Part shown: piece by piece, positions 1 through 13,159 of the stretch
How the letters are laid out: every line of letters begins with the position of its first letter
Numbering within the stretch: the first letter of the stretch is position 1
From: Octopus vulgaris
Lineage: Eukaryota
Direction: 5' to 3'
Assembly (NCBI GenBank): GCA_951406725.2
Contig: OX597829.1
Coordinates: 36,146,001 to 36,210,000, forward strand
DNA: 64,000 nucleotides
Notes under the pieces: model-generated
What the model was told of the DNA's origin: nothing
Databases searched by the model: none
Seen by the model: only the letters and a program-made list of their open reading frames with translations
Program-made: the position numbers and the translations under genes

Positions 1-396
1 AAGTCACGTTGGAGAAGATGGCATAGTAATGGCAGAGTAAGATATAGTATTTTACAGTTGCCGAAAATTTTCAGAAATCAACGTTGGAACAATACCATGG
101 TTTTAACTGGTGTAGTAAAAATTTTTGGCAAATAAGCTGATTGGACAATGGGGTTGCCACATTTCAAAGTTGATGGAATCTGTGAGATTAGTTGATTGAC
201 AATTGGCGCAAATAATACAAACCTTCATAACGAGTGAAATAAAGTTGAACACAGGAAGTGCTTTTGCTTTGATGAAGATGCAAATTTATTATTTCTGCTG
301 TCGAAGAAACATACAGACACAATTTGAGAAACATAGACGAAGTTAACAATAAAATTAAAAATATAAATCAAACAATATCAGGTATCATATAAACAG

Positions 397-805
397 ATAG
401 GCGCAGGAGTGGCCGTTTGGTAAGTAGCTTGCTAACCAACCACATGGTTCCGGGTTCAGTCCCACTGCGTGGCATCTTGGGCACGTGTCTTCTGCTATAG
501 CCCCGGGCCGACCAATGCCTTGTGAGTGGATTTGGTAGACGGAAACTGAAAGAAGCCTGTCGTATATATGTATATATATGTATCTGTGTGTGCGTGTGTG
601 TTTGTCTCCCTAGCATTGCTTGACAACCGATGCTGGTGTGTTTACGTCCCCGTCACTTAGCGGTTCGGCAAAAGAGATCGATAGAATAAGTACTGGGCTT
701 ACAAACAATAAGTCCCGGGGTCGATTTGCTCGACTAAAGGCGGTCCTCCAGCATGGCCGCAGTCAAATGACTGAAACAATTAAAAGAGTAAAAGAGTAAA
801 GAGTA
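397..805 (+). mobile_element. SINE family A, near full-length copy (tRNA-like head, CORE-like segment, internal microsatellite, (TAAAAGAG)n tail)
   Basis: Head GGAGTGGCCGTTTGGTAAG...GGTTCAGTCCC (pol III A/B-box-like), then GGCATCTTGGGCACGTGTCTTC and a TA/TG tract; 3' half ends CCAGCATGGCCGCAGTCAAATGACTGAAAC plus tandem tail. Closely matches copies at 51645-52024 and 52997-53448. Confidence 0.9.
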
Positions 806-1222
806 TAGAACGATATGCATACGTAAGGGAGGGGTGTAAGAAATTGGGAGATATATAATACGAATATGTTAAAGGAACGGGTTGAAACAAGTAGATCTAG
901 AGATCTAGTGTTGTGTATTTCTGTTGGATGTCATATATGTAAAACGAATACACAGACACAAAATACCTTAGCTAAGTTAACGGACAAAGCAAGGTTTGAA
1001 ATGGTGGGAAAACAATGCATGAAAGCAATTAATGAAAATTAAGAATTCAGAAAATTCAAAATGATGCCATAATTAATATTAAAAAAAAAAACAAAAGGTA
1101 ATATCATGATCGATGAAAAATCATATATGAGAGTAATAGACTTTTCCTTGTCCGCTGAAAATATAACTATGTCATGAGTTTTCCTGTTGATCAAATTTAT
1201 TTCAGCCGGTATTAATGTGTGT

Positions 1223-1236
1223 ATATATATATACAC

Positions 1237-1290
<54 letters not shown>
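1223..1290. repeat. (TA)n microsatellite
   Basis: Direct reading; one of dozens of (TA)n tracts in the window. Confidence 0.95.
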
Positions 1291-1291
<1 letters not shown>

Positions 1292-2177
1292 CTTTCGTAA
1301 ACAGTCAATTTATCCTTCAAATCCATAGATTTTATAATATTACACTTCCTGCCTTTAAATGATTATTTAAATGATTATTTAAACTTTAAATGATTATTTT
1401 ATCCATTCTCACTTCAACAATTAAAACCATTAAATTTATCAACCCATTCTCATTACATCACTTAAAGCCATTAAAGTTTTCTAGCATAGTTATTCTGAAT
1501 GACGAGTAATTAGCTGAAACTCGTATTTAGTAAAAGTGATGCTCGCGACACCCAGTGTAACAACTCTGGAAATTTCGAATTAATGAGCTAAGTGTAGTAT
1601 CTCAGAATGACCAATGGCATGTATTTGAGCAAGAGAAAACAAATATAGGCTGAACACTTTTAGATATATTTATTCCAAACTATGCTCAACTTCTGAACGA
1701 TAACTTGATGAAGAAGATTCAGAAGTTTTAAGTGGAAATTGTGATAAAGTGTTATTTTATAAATAGATGTACTTCCTGGTGTGTGGTTGAGTAGGATGAT
1801 GCCAAACGAGTACATAACTCAAAAGTAAGTTTTTACTGTTGCTAATTTTTATCTTGTGAAAACAAAAGGGCGTCTAGATCCTTACAAGCTTCGTATCATG
1901 TGTGAACAAGGTTACTGCTTCGAAGTGTACGTATGGATCTCCCCTCTACACTGAAACTAGAGATTCTTTAGTTCTGCATACCCTATAAAAGGAAAACAAC
2001 ACGAATATTCTGTATCTATTTGCTTACACGTACCATTTCTCATTTATACACGAACTTACACACACACAGACGCTTGAGACAATGTATTGTGTATATATAC
2101 ATATATATACGTGTTCGTATATGTATACGTACGTATATAGTTATATGTGTACGTGTGCACATGTGTGAGCGTGTATA

Positions 2178-2246
<69 letters not shown>

Positions 2247-3052
2247 GTATGTATCTTTATATATATGCACAGACATATGTATAAGCATGTGTGAGTGTGT
2301 CTGTGTATTCATCCTTCTGGTATTGTGACCGTATTATCAGCAGTAGGCTAGTTTGCTTCAGACGTGACCCACATAATATTTGAATAATTACAAAAACCAA
2401 TTATTTATATTTAGAATGCATTTAATACGTACGTTCAAAGTCGTTAAGTAACAAGTTGTCACGCGGATATCGAATCGATAGTGGATTTCATTACAAGAGT
2501 AATACATGGGTAGTTTCAAATTTTGCCCATGTAAATCGAAGACTGAGTAAGTAAAGTAAATGAAAAACCATAGAAAGGGAAAGAACGTAAAAAATATTGA
2601 AAAATTTAAGCAGAAAAGGGATGAAAGAGAATATAGTTGCAGAAGTAAAAAATATAAATAAATGAACAGTCAATAATTTCCAGCCATACAAAGAAAGGAA
2701 AGAATATAAATTATATTGCCAAAGAAAAGACCATTCATTCTCAAGCAGGCTAAGATTTATGATCACTTTACTGATAGAACTCTAAGAATTTCTGCCTTGC
2801 TCTCTGGACCATGACATCTTCAAATATAAGAAAGTACTATTTAGGCTATTGCTATGCTATTATGCTGTTAGGTCATTAATTATACCGGAGATAGATATTT
2901 GCGCTATTCATATGAATGCTGCAGAATAAAGTTGCGTTTGAAATATTGATGAATCCCAAAAGAAAAAGACAAAGGAAATTTTCATCATCATCATCATCAT
3001 CGCCGTCGTCGTCGTCATCATCATAATCATCATCATCATCATCATTATTGTT

Positions 3053-3207
3053 ATTAGCGGTATTTCGTCCGTCGTTATTTTTCTGGGTTCAAATTCTGCC
3101 GTGGTCAGTTTTGCTTTTCATCCTTTCGGGGTACATGTACCAGTCAAGCTCTGGAGTCAGTGTTATCGACTAGCCCCCTCCCTAGGCCTGGTGGTTTTAA
3201 TGGAAAT
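3053..3207 (+). mobile_element. SINE family B, diverged copy
   Basis: TATTTCGTCCGTC...GGGTTCAAATTCTGCC...TTTTGCTTTTCATCCTTTCGGGG matches the young copies at 17166 and 30521; runs into (TTA)n. Confidence 0.75.
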
Positions 3208-3222
3208 GATTATTTATTATTA

Positions 3223-3299
<77 letters not shown>

Positions 3300-3327
3300 G
3301 TTATTATTATTGTTATTATTATTATTA

Positions 3328-3395
<68 letters not shown>
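3208..3395. repeat. (TTA)n microsatellite
   Basis: Direct reading; source of the poly-Y/L/N ORFs. Confidence 0.97.
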
Positions 3396-3397
<2 letters not shown>

Positions 3398-3683
3398 CCA
3401 CATCAGTTTAAACAATTGTGCCATCTATCCAAATCTATGGTTAGATTTGGGTATTTATTTTATGTTATTTGATAAAATATTAATAATTAATAAACTTTAA
3501 TGGACTAGTCCCCGCTTCAAATGTCTGAAGTTTTACCAGAATTAGTAATTTTGACCCCCCCTTTCCTTTTGTTTTGTATTGTCCTTTTTTGTTTTGGTTT
3601 GGCCCTTGTAGCCAATAAAGAAAAGTCTATTGGTACTTTTTATCATCACCGTCGTCGTCTTCTTCATCATCATCATCATCATC

Positions 3684-3797
3684 ATTTCTGAGTTCAAATA
3701 ACGCTGAGGTCGACTTTGCATTTCATACTTTCAGGGATTGATAAATTAAGTCCCCCTTCCCCAAAATTTCAGGGCCTTGTTTCCTTCAGTAGAAAGG
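3684..3797 (+). mobile_element. SINE family B, 3' part of diverged copy
   Basis: TTCTGAGTTCAAAT...GAGGTCGACTTTGCATTTCAT...CCCCAAAATTTCAGGGCCTTGT...AGTAGAAAGG followed by (ATT)n. Confidence 0.75.
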
Positions 3798-4172
<375 letters not shown>

Positions 4173-4681
4173 ATATTATTTTCTAGATAGTCCATGATAA
4201 ATTTCTGAAAAGTCCTTCTCCCAAAACCAACCTGCACAACACCCTCACTTCGAAACACGTACTGGATTTACACGTTTCTTTCGATGTTCATGTCTCTCCT
4301 CCTACTTTTTCCACATATCTTCTCTTACGCTTCTCTTTCCTTTCTTTTGCTTTCGTCATTCTTTTTGTTTATTCCCGTCTTCGCGCCTGGATACCAAACA
4401 CTATCGCCCATTACTCCTCTAACGCCTTTCACATAATCACTTTAGGTGTGTGACTGAAGCCTTTCAGAGGTGTTTTGCTTGTGTTGTCTTGTGGGTGCAG
4501 GAGCGCTTCTATGCACACGCAGTTCATGCATGCGCATGTATTTGAATGAATATGATCTGTGTCTGTTTGTGCACACACACTGGTATGCGTATGTATATGT
4601 ATATGATATGTATATGTATATGATTTTAATCTATATTAGGCGTATTTATAGAATATACGTGAATATTTTATAATATTATGC

Positions 4682-4713
<32 letters not shown>

Positions 4714-4964
4714 ATAGTTGTAGATGTGTGCATGTATATGTTATGGCATGAGCGAATGTATATATGTATGTATGTACATACATATGTGAGTGTGTGAGCG
4801 TGTGTGTGTGTGTATACACACGCAGATATTTATTTATATATACATTATAGAATCATTACGCCAATAATACCAAATACAAAAACGAAAAAAATATTCACAT
4901 ATATTGAATATATATGTACAACTCAGACACTATATATATATATATATATATGTATATATGTGTG

Positions 4965-5041
<77 letters not shown>

Positions 5042-5714
5042 TTATATATATATATATACATATATACATATATATATATACATGAAATACAGGCATACGT
5101 ACATATAAACATGTTCCAACAGACACACACATTATGTTTCTATTCATTTGTCTTAGTGTATACGTATGCATGCCTCTATATGTGTAGTGGTGTATGCGGG
5201 GATGCGTACGCTGCTCACTATTCAATGCATTCTACAATGTGTGTATCCGATCCGTGTGTGTGTATATGCCTGTGCGTGTTTGTGTGCGTCTCGTCAGTGA
5301 ATGTGTGCAATCGCGTGTTTGTATGTGCGCGTGTCCGTCCGTTGAATCAAGCGCTTGTGCATTGTGTTTGATTGTACGAGTATGTCAGTGCGCGTGTGAT
5401 TTTTGCTGGTGCACATTTGTTTTGTTATTGCCATTTTATAAAATAACAGAAATTTTTTTTTTTTTTTGGATTGTTTATTTATGTATTTCACAATATTTCT
5501 TTGAGAAATATCCTTTATGAAAGCCTTAGGTAGAGTCACGTGTCTTTTCATGCGTTGTCGCGTGGCAGCTCGTTGGAACAAAAGTAAATATATAAACACA
5601 CAAAAAAAAACAACAACAGCAGCAGTAATCTTCACTGCTTTAACTTTAGGCTAAGCAGTTTAAAAACGGTTATTTTGATACTGATTTTACTATTATTATT
5701 AATTGTGTTTATTC

Positions 5715-5870
5715 CGCTTGTTTTCGCTCCGAGTTCAAATTCTGCTGTCTTAACTTTGCACTCATTCTCTCTCTCGGGAATGATAAAATAAAGTACCAGT
5801 AAGTACCAAAGGCGAACTAATCGACAAACACTCTCCGCTTAAATTCAATAGCATTGTGCCTGAATTATAT
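5715..5870 (+). mobile_element. SINE family B, highly diverged copy
   Basis: GAGTTCAAATTCTGC...ACTTTGCACTCATTC...GATAAAATAAAGTACCAG...ATCGAC...TTGTGCCT motifs in the expected order. Confidence 0.6.
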
Positions 5871-6298
5871 ATGATTGTTTGAGTCGCTTTCCAGAAGTTT
5901 GAAGTCAACAAGTTTCTTCAAATCACAAGAATCGTTTAATTGGGATGGTGCTATTCACCCAGTCGACAATACATGACTCACTTCCAATATCCCTCAGTCA
6001 CTTAGAAAGCAGCCTGATTGTTGTGCTGGTATGTTAGCAACTACTGCATACATGTAAAAAAAAATGTCGAGGTTTATATTATAGTTACCATGTATCTACG
6101 TTTTCTTCGAAAATGTTCATCGTTTATAGTTCGAAATACTCTGTCAGGAGGAATAAGCTGGAATTCTGATCCAGACCCATATATAAATAGACGAGTTAGG
6201 CTTCTCGTTGAAGGATGCCTTATCAAAGACCAGAGATCGCTCATTCCTAGTGGGCTTACTAAGCTCCCTGACACCAACCAACCAACCAAACCAACCAG

Positions 6299-6400
6299 AG
6301 TATTCTTTTATTCTTTTATTTGTTTCAGTAATATGACTGCGGCCATGCTGGAGCACTGCCTTTAGTTGAACAAATCGACCCCAGGACTTATTCTATTGGC
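6299..6400 (-). mobile_element. SINE family A, 3' fragment
   Basis: TTGTTTCAGTAATATGACTGCGGCCATGCTGGAGCAC...AAATCGACCCCAGGACTTATTC is the reverse complement of the family A 3' end. Confidence 0.85.
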
Positions 6401-6404
6401 CTTA

Positions 6405-6438
<34 letters not shown>

Positions 6439-6965
6439 CAAAGTCGAGTTGTTTCAAGGATATATAAAGTGCTCAAAGCTTTGTTGTTTTTTTAACGTTC
6501 AGATAGGACAGCTTTATTAACTACGAAATAAATTATACAAAAATATTGAGTATCAAAAAAATTTCTCGGGATCATTCCTTAATTGTGACATCTTTTGTAA
6601 TGACTTCTGCCTCCATAAGTTTTCAAAGCAATCAACAGGGTGAGTACAGTGACCTCTAGATACATCTAATGACTTCAATAGCTTTTATACTTGGTTGTTT
6701 TGTTTTGAAACACCATTTTCTTTCAATTCTCATTGTACAGTATAAAATTTCTAACTTTAACTCATCCTTATTTTAAAACTCTCACCCACAACCATTTTCT
6801 TCCTTTAGTTAATCATTCTGGTCGGCGTTTTAAATCCCCTTCTTCGTTCATGCTAATTCCTCTGAGGATCACTTACTCTGAGTCACTTGTTAGCTTACTA
6901 TCCCAACAGTGTTCCGCTGGCGTAAAATAACTAGCAAAGTCAAGGTGAAACGTTACTCAGCTAAA

Positions 6966-7515
6966 TCTTTTTCATGTTTCAATCATTAGACTGCGGGCAT
7001 GCTGGAACACACTGCCTTCAAGATTTGTTACTAGAATGAAACGACGTCAGTACTTATTTCTTTACACCGGGTACTTATTCTATCGCATTCATTTTTGCCG
7101 AACCACTAAGTTACAAGGGACATAAACACAGCAACGCTGGTTGTGAAGTAGTGCGGAGGGGAACAAGCATACACACACACACAAAGATACATACACACAT
7201 ATATATGTGTGTGTGCATGTTCCCTCCATATAAATATGTGTGTGTATGTATGTTCCCCCCATATAAATATGTGTGTATGTATATCTTTTATGTTTTAAGT
7301 ATGTAGGTTGCCAAGCAACCAAGTGGTGGAGGAAAATCACACACTCATATATATACGGCAGGCTTCTTTCAGTTTCCTTCTGCCAAATCGACTTCCAAGG
7401 CTTTGGTCGGCCCAAAGCTATAGTAGAAGACACTTGCCCAAAGTGCCACGCATTGGAACTGAACCCTGAACCGTGTGCTTGGGAAGAAAACTTTTTACTA
7501 CGCAGCCATAAATCC
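6966..7515 (-). mobile_element. SINE family A, diverged full-length copy with expanded internal microsatellite
   Basis: Both halves recognisable (GACTGCGGGCATGCTGG; TTTTGCCGAACCACTAAG; GGCTTCTTTCAGTTTCC; GAAGACACTTGCCCAA). Confidence 0.85.
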
Positions 7516-8084
7516 GCTTCCATCATTCATTCCATCTATCTGTTTTATGCGTTCTCAATTTACACGTGCTCATTATCATTGTTGGCGACCTTAAACTGTC
7601 ACTCGCTTTTAATTGTTTTCCTAGCACAGCACAACCTATATTTTGTTCATTTGATGTCGACAGTGTGGCACCACCGACATCAAACAGACCACACTGACGG
7701 TGCCAAACCAATAGCGTTAAATTTCTTAACCACGTAAAGTTTCTACTGAATAACCTGGTTAGCTACAAAGAGAGTCAGAAAGAAAGGAGAGCCAAAGAGA
7801 GAAGAGAAAGAGACATTGCTCTCCCATGTTGATCTCTCTTTGATACAATGCATAATAGTAGAGTTTTAATGATATTTCTGTAAAATGTTAAGCATTGCAA
7901 TACGTTTTTGCTAATATTTGTACAATTAATAAAATATTTCTGTATGAAGAATAAGTATTAGGCTTTAAAAAAAAGAAAGGTAGTCCTATTATATCTTCAT
8001 TTTCAAACGTATTTAGAGCGTTGGTTACTATGAAGATAAAATATACTGCTTAGTATTATTCAATGCTAATCAAAGGTAGAGGGA

Positions 8085-8270
8085 TATTCAAATGTATTTC
8101 GGTCATTGTCTCCTTTCATGTTCTGAGTTCAAATCCAGTGCATTATCGATTTGTCTTTCATAATACCGAGGTGTGTAAATTAGATAGTAGCCATGTACCA
8201 GAGGTTGTAAACAATCTAGATAACTATACCTAACTTTTTCCACAAGTGTGTGGCCGTATACCTATGTTAA
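8085..8270 (+). mobile_element. SINE family B, highly diverged copy
   Basis: GTATTTCGGTC...GTTCTGAGTTCAAATCC...TCGATTTGTCTTTCAT motifs. Confidence 0.5.
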
Positions 8271-8629
8271 AAAGTCAGTGCCATTTCAAAAACGGTAAAG
8301 TAAAGAAAAAACGGCTTTCTATTTTGAATTTAATTCCCATTGGAATCGTATTAAGCATCATCACTCAAAGGTGGATAAAATAAACAGGAGTGTTTTTGCT
8401 TTACAAAAGCCAACTCAACCATTTACCAAACACAAACATTGATTATATGCATGTATGTGTGTGTGCGCGTATTTACCTGTACGTGCATATGTGTGTGTGT
8501 GTGTGTGTGTGTGTGAGTGTGTATGTCAGTGGATGTGCATTGATAAATGTTTTGTATGCACGCATTCCAGCTCTTGAACGCAGGCGCGAACACACACACA
8601 CACACACACAAGCATCGTTATGTCATTAA

Positions 8630-8975
8630 AAGAACACTTAGCAACTTCGTGGTTTCGGTTTCGGATTCAGTGTGACGTTTCAAGCTGTATAATCTACAGT
8701 AATTTCAAGTGAAACAATAAACTTCAAAGAGAATTTTGTTAATCAACACTGTCCCTACGTATGAGAGAGAGAGAGAGGTCCCTGCCTATATGTTTACACC
8801 CGGTCAAAAGATATTTATGTTGTGTCTCTTTATGCATGAAACTTAGCGTTTGACAATTGTACATCAATACAATAATTTCCAGTATAAAATACATAACGGG
8901 ATAGTTATGCTTGAATAAATACTTGGAGGCGCTGCTCAACACGGTTGCAATCGTATTACCGAAACAAGTAAGAGA
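8630..8975 (+). mobile_element. SINE family A, highly diverged copy
   Basis: Residual AACTTAGCGTTTGAC and GGAGGCGCTGCTCAACACGGTTGCAATC...GAAACAAGTAAGAG tail. Confidence 0.45.
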
Positions 8976-9199
8976 AAAATTTTTTTTTTTAAATATTTAC
9001 TGCTATACTTGCATTTGCGTATGTGCGCACTCACGTACACAAATACGAACTACACAATGGGGTGGGTCACTACATATCGACATTAAATGAGAACGATTAT
9101 GATGCTCTTAAAACCCCCGGGGTGTTTAACTAGTAAAGTACGAATTTATAGGACTGAGATGTTCTAAAGAGCGATAAATGGAGAGTAGACACCCGTGCA

Positions 9200-9378
9200 C
9201 TTCACAAATACATAGTAAAATATCAGAACTTACAAATATATATAACATACAGACTAGTAGGCATCGCACACATCCTACGTAAAACACTTTCAATACAGTA
9301 AAAATAAGAGCGCCACAACAAACCACAGCACATACTCAAGGCACACAGAGCTGCGCTCGATATTGCAGTGAAAGCTCC
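9200..9378 (+). mobile_element. R4/Dong-like LINE, C-terminus and 3' UTR fragment
   Basis: 9251-9301 translates RLVGIAHILRKTLSIQ*, similar to the LLGTARI..RILEA* end of the R4-like element at 33349-35515. Confidence 0.6.
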
Positions 9379-9409
9379 TACAATCCTATTTTGTTTGTAG
9401 GAAATGGCA

Positions 9410-9655
9410 CTTTTGTTAGCGCTTTACGTTAGGTAGGCCGTGTCAGATCTGAAAGTACTTCAGTGAGGTTTTGGTGTATCTTTGAAGCGCTTTTTCTGCC
9501 CACCATGTATGCACTTGCTCTCTGTCATTTAACTGTAAAACAGTATTTTGGGTAGTCGTAAGTCAGGCATTCGAACACGGTAGCCTGCCCACCTGCGCTC
9601 TTTTCGGCAGAATGTAAATGCGTGGCAGATCAGCTCGGAAGAGGACCTCTGTGCC
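9410..9655 (-). mobile_element. RTE-clade LINE, ORF C-terminal fragment (pseudogenised)
   Basis: Manual translation TEVLFRADLPRIYILPKRAQ..WAG..VRMPDLRLPKILFYS*MTESKCIHGGQKKRFKDT fits the RTE/BovB C-terminal pattern RWAGHV.RM.D.RLPK..FY......R..GGQKKR.KD. Confidence 0.85.
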
Positions 9656-9990
9656 TGAAGCCTTGAATTGTTAGATGATTACCTATATATATATATATAT
9701 AATTCATTTTGAATTTCACTAATTTTGGATCGCCTAGAAAAATAAAAATAAAAAACGTCTTAATATATATTTTCGGAAATATTAATTTCAATGATTTTCT
9801 ATATCTAAATATGTTAATACAGTCGAAATAAATGTTAGCTCTATAAGGTGAATGCTACAATTAAAGATAGGATTTTCTCTATACGTAATTTTTGTTACCA
9901 AATACTAAATGATGTTTGGATTACCTTGGATCTGTATTGTACTTCCATTTACTGATGTTTGATTGTTGGACATGTTAACCAAATGTTTTG

Positions 9991-10058
9991 AAAACTGAGT
10001 GCTTTATTGATAATTCCCTGGATATTTTAATCCCTTTTTTCTTATACTTACATATGTT

Positions 10059-10143
<85 letters not shown>

Positions 10144-10240
10144 TCATGTATGTATATATCTATGTATGTATGAACATATGTAAGTATAAGGAAAAAGGGA
10201 TTAAAATATCCAGGCTAATATCAATAAACCACCCAGTTTT
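9991..10240. repeat. Foldback (inverted repeat) with a (TA)n centre
   Basis: Arms about 9991-10065 and 10166-10240: CCTGGATATTTTAATCCCTTTTT(C)TTATACTTACATATGTTCATACATA and its reverse complement. Confidence 0.9.
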
Positions 10241-10260
10241 AACCAAGCCCATATATATAT

Positions 10261-10293
<33 letters not shown>

Positions 10294-10294
<1 letters not shown>

Positions 10295-10905
10295 TGGCTG
10301 GTTGGTTAAAAGGCCTGTTCAATTTTTAAGCGAAAATAAATCGCTGATATAATTATCGTCTCGTTCCAGTATCTTCTGCCATATTGTGGGCAGATCCATT
10401 ACTCCCTACTCAAAGGACGACACGTCTTTTCTGGTGAAAAACTATTCCAGGTGAATTTTTACATCCCCTTCAATGTTGAAGTTCTGTTTATCCAATAAAT
10501 ATTGAAGACACCCGAAAGCGATGGAAATATGAAGTCGCTAAGTGGGACGAATATGAAATAAAACTTTCTAGCCAAGTCCAGTACCTTCTGCTCTGTCGGC
10601 AAAGAAGCGAGCGGTCTGACGTTGTCATGATGAAAGACAATGCCCTTATGATTAGCAAGTGGTCGACGCTCTTCGCGGAACGCTGCATTTCATTTGTCTA
10701 GCTTCTCACGATGCGCATCCAAATTGATAATTCTATCCGCGAGAAGAAGCTCGTAAAAAAATACCCTTCTAATACCACAAAACTGAAAACATAACCTTTT
10801 TCATCATCCTTGGGAGGTTGTTTGTAGTGGTTTACCCTGTTTCTCTGTGATGATATGTTTCACAGTGTTATGCGCAACCACATAGTCTCTCGTCTTCCAA
10901 ATTCA
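10294..10905 (-). mobile_element. mariner transposase relic (catalytic half)
   Basis: Manual translation KVMFSVLW..KG..FYELL...LDK*NAAFREERRPLANHKGIVFHHDNVRP...EQKVL and ..GVMDLPTIWQKI; multiple stops and frameshifts. Confidence 0.85.
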
Positions 10906-11287
10906 TTTACAAAACACCGATCAGCTCGAGGCTATAGTAAAAGCAATTGCAAATTGAATGTCTTAACGAAAGGGACATAAGACAAGTGGTACTCTTTATT
11001 AAGAAATTCAATTTAAAATTTTGTTTTACTTTAGCGTTGGTTGGACCAATGCTTTGTGAATGAATTTGATAGAAAGAAATTGTATGGATGCCTGGCATTT
11101 ACATACATGTATACATACATATATATAATATTAATAACACTAATACTAGTAATAATAAAAAAAATGAACGAACTAGTGAGTTTAGTTTAATGGCCTACCA
11201 ATGTATACTATGAGTTTCTTTGCCCTAGGAGTCGGGAGACATTCGGCAAGAAATGGAAGCAAATTTGAAAGAAGAAGAAAAACCCAT

Positions 11288-11414
<127 letters not shown>

Positions 11415-12023
11415 AACTAACAACAAAAGAATGTGAATAATCCTCTATATAAATAGAGGATTATTTATAGGTTATAATTTAGAACAAACAGTAAAAGGTT
11501 GTCATAGTACTTGAAACTCCGAGTGTCTAGTCTAAGTGAGAATAGTGCATGAATGGGAAAACATTGGTGGATATACCAAAATTGATTGCGATCGAGACAG
11601 AAAGAGTTCCGTCACCATATACCGCAATGCTGCAATCAGATAGCTCTGAAGCGCTTTAAAAGACGAAACATCTGTTGGAGTAAGCAAAAATTTGGGTAAT
11701 TGGTTTGTATGCCAAAATTAGGAAAAGCTTTACTTCTGTTAAGATCAATAACTTTCACCGAACGTCTCTAAAGCTTATTGTCACTAGTAAATGACACATG
11801 AGAGTAGAGTAGCAATGGATCTAGCTCTGCCGAAACAATACAGATGGTCGCTGAAGATAGAGATGGATTTAAGATATCGGATGCGCCATTGATGATGGCT
11901 ATCTCCAGTAGCTTTTTATTTGAGAGTAAGGGCTCGACATTTGGCTGATTTAGAGCAGTTTTCATTCTTTGGAATGGGGTGTGCATACATAAAAAACACA
12001 CACACACATACATTCACACTGAA

Positions 12024-12330
<307 letters not shown>

Positions 12331-12359
12331 GTTATGAGTCAAATTTTGACTCATAGCCA

Positions 12360-12500
12360 TTAATTTTTGAGTGGAGAGGCAAGTCGATTATATTGACTGA
12401 TTTTATCGATTACGAGTGAATGAAAAGCAGAGTCAAATAAAGCAGAATTTTAACTGAAAATGTATAGGCGTAAGAAATACTTCTGGCGTGCTAACGATGT
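12360..12500 (-). mobile_element. SINE family B, diverged copy
   Basis: AAGTCGATTATATTGAC...TTTTATCGA...ATGAAAAGCAGAGTC...GAATTTTAACT...GGCGTGCTAACGAT. Confidence 0.65.
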
Positions 12501-12709
12501 GTATGTATGTATGTATGTATGTATGTATGTATGTATGTATGTATGTATGTATGTATGTATGTATGTATGAATGAATGAATGAATGTATGTATGTGTGTGT
12601 GTATGTATGTATGTACGTACGTACGTATGTATATATATATGTATGTGTGTATGTATGTATCTCTCTATCTATCTATGTATCTATCTATAGATAGATACAT
12701 AGATACATA

Positions 12710-12915
12710 GTCACCATGATAGATCGTTATCCACTGCACACATTTTTTTCTCTCCTTGTTTCTCCCCTTGTTTTTTTCTGTGTCCCTTTCTGTAGAATAG
12801 TGTAGGCTCGAAACGTAGAAGACTTTTTCTATTCCTGAGCGTTATACTAATACATGTTTGTTTTGTACACCACCTGTCTTCGTCTTCTGTTTTTTGTTTT
12901 TTTTCGTAAACTCTC
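12710..12915 (+). mobile_element. Probable Penelope-type terminal repeat fragment with a degenerate hammerhead-like motif
   Basis: CTTT-CTGTAGA-A-TAGT GTAG GCTC-GAAA-CG-TA-GAAG at 12786-12821. The TTCCTGAGCGT motif recurs inverted near 27355. PLE assignment is inference. Confidence 0.4.
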
Positions 12916-13159
12916 TCTATCTATCTATATACGTAGATAGAATAGATATACTTAGACCTGTACTCAAACGCACACACATACTTATATATAAGTACCAGAA
13001 TAAGCCCATAAATGTGAAATAAGGTGGAAAAAAACAGTACTCGAAGATTGGATGTATTATTAATGCTGCAAAAACATTACAAAAAACTGCTGTTACTGAG
13101 TTTCTCAACGAAAACTGTCCAACGAACGTGCAACTCTGAGCAACTGTTTTTTGTGATGT

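Noticed and set aside
368-616. Recurrent ORFs such as MPRSGTEPGTMWLVSKLLT (also 51818, 53086)
   Set aside because: Translations of SINE family A, not a protein family.
11640-11690. CTGAAGC...GAAACATCTGTT hammerhead-like string
   Set aside because: A9 is mutated, stem II is weak and stem I is only 2 bp.
11440-11990. Possible decayed RTE 3' end (ETIQMVAEDRDG)
   Set aside because: Only one short motif; too weak to call.
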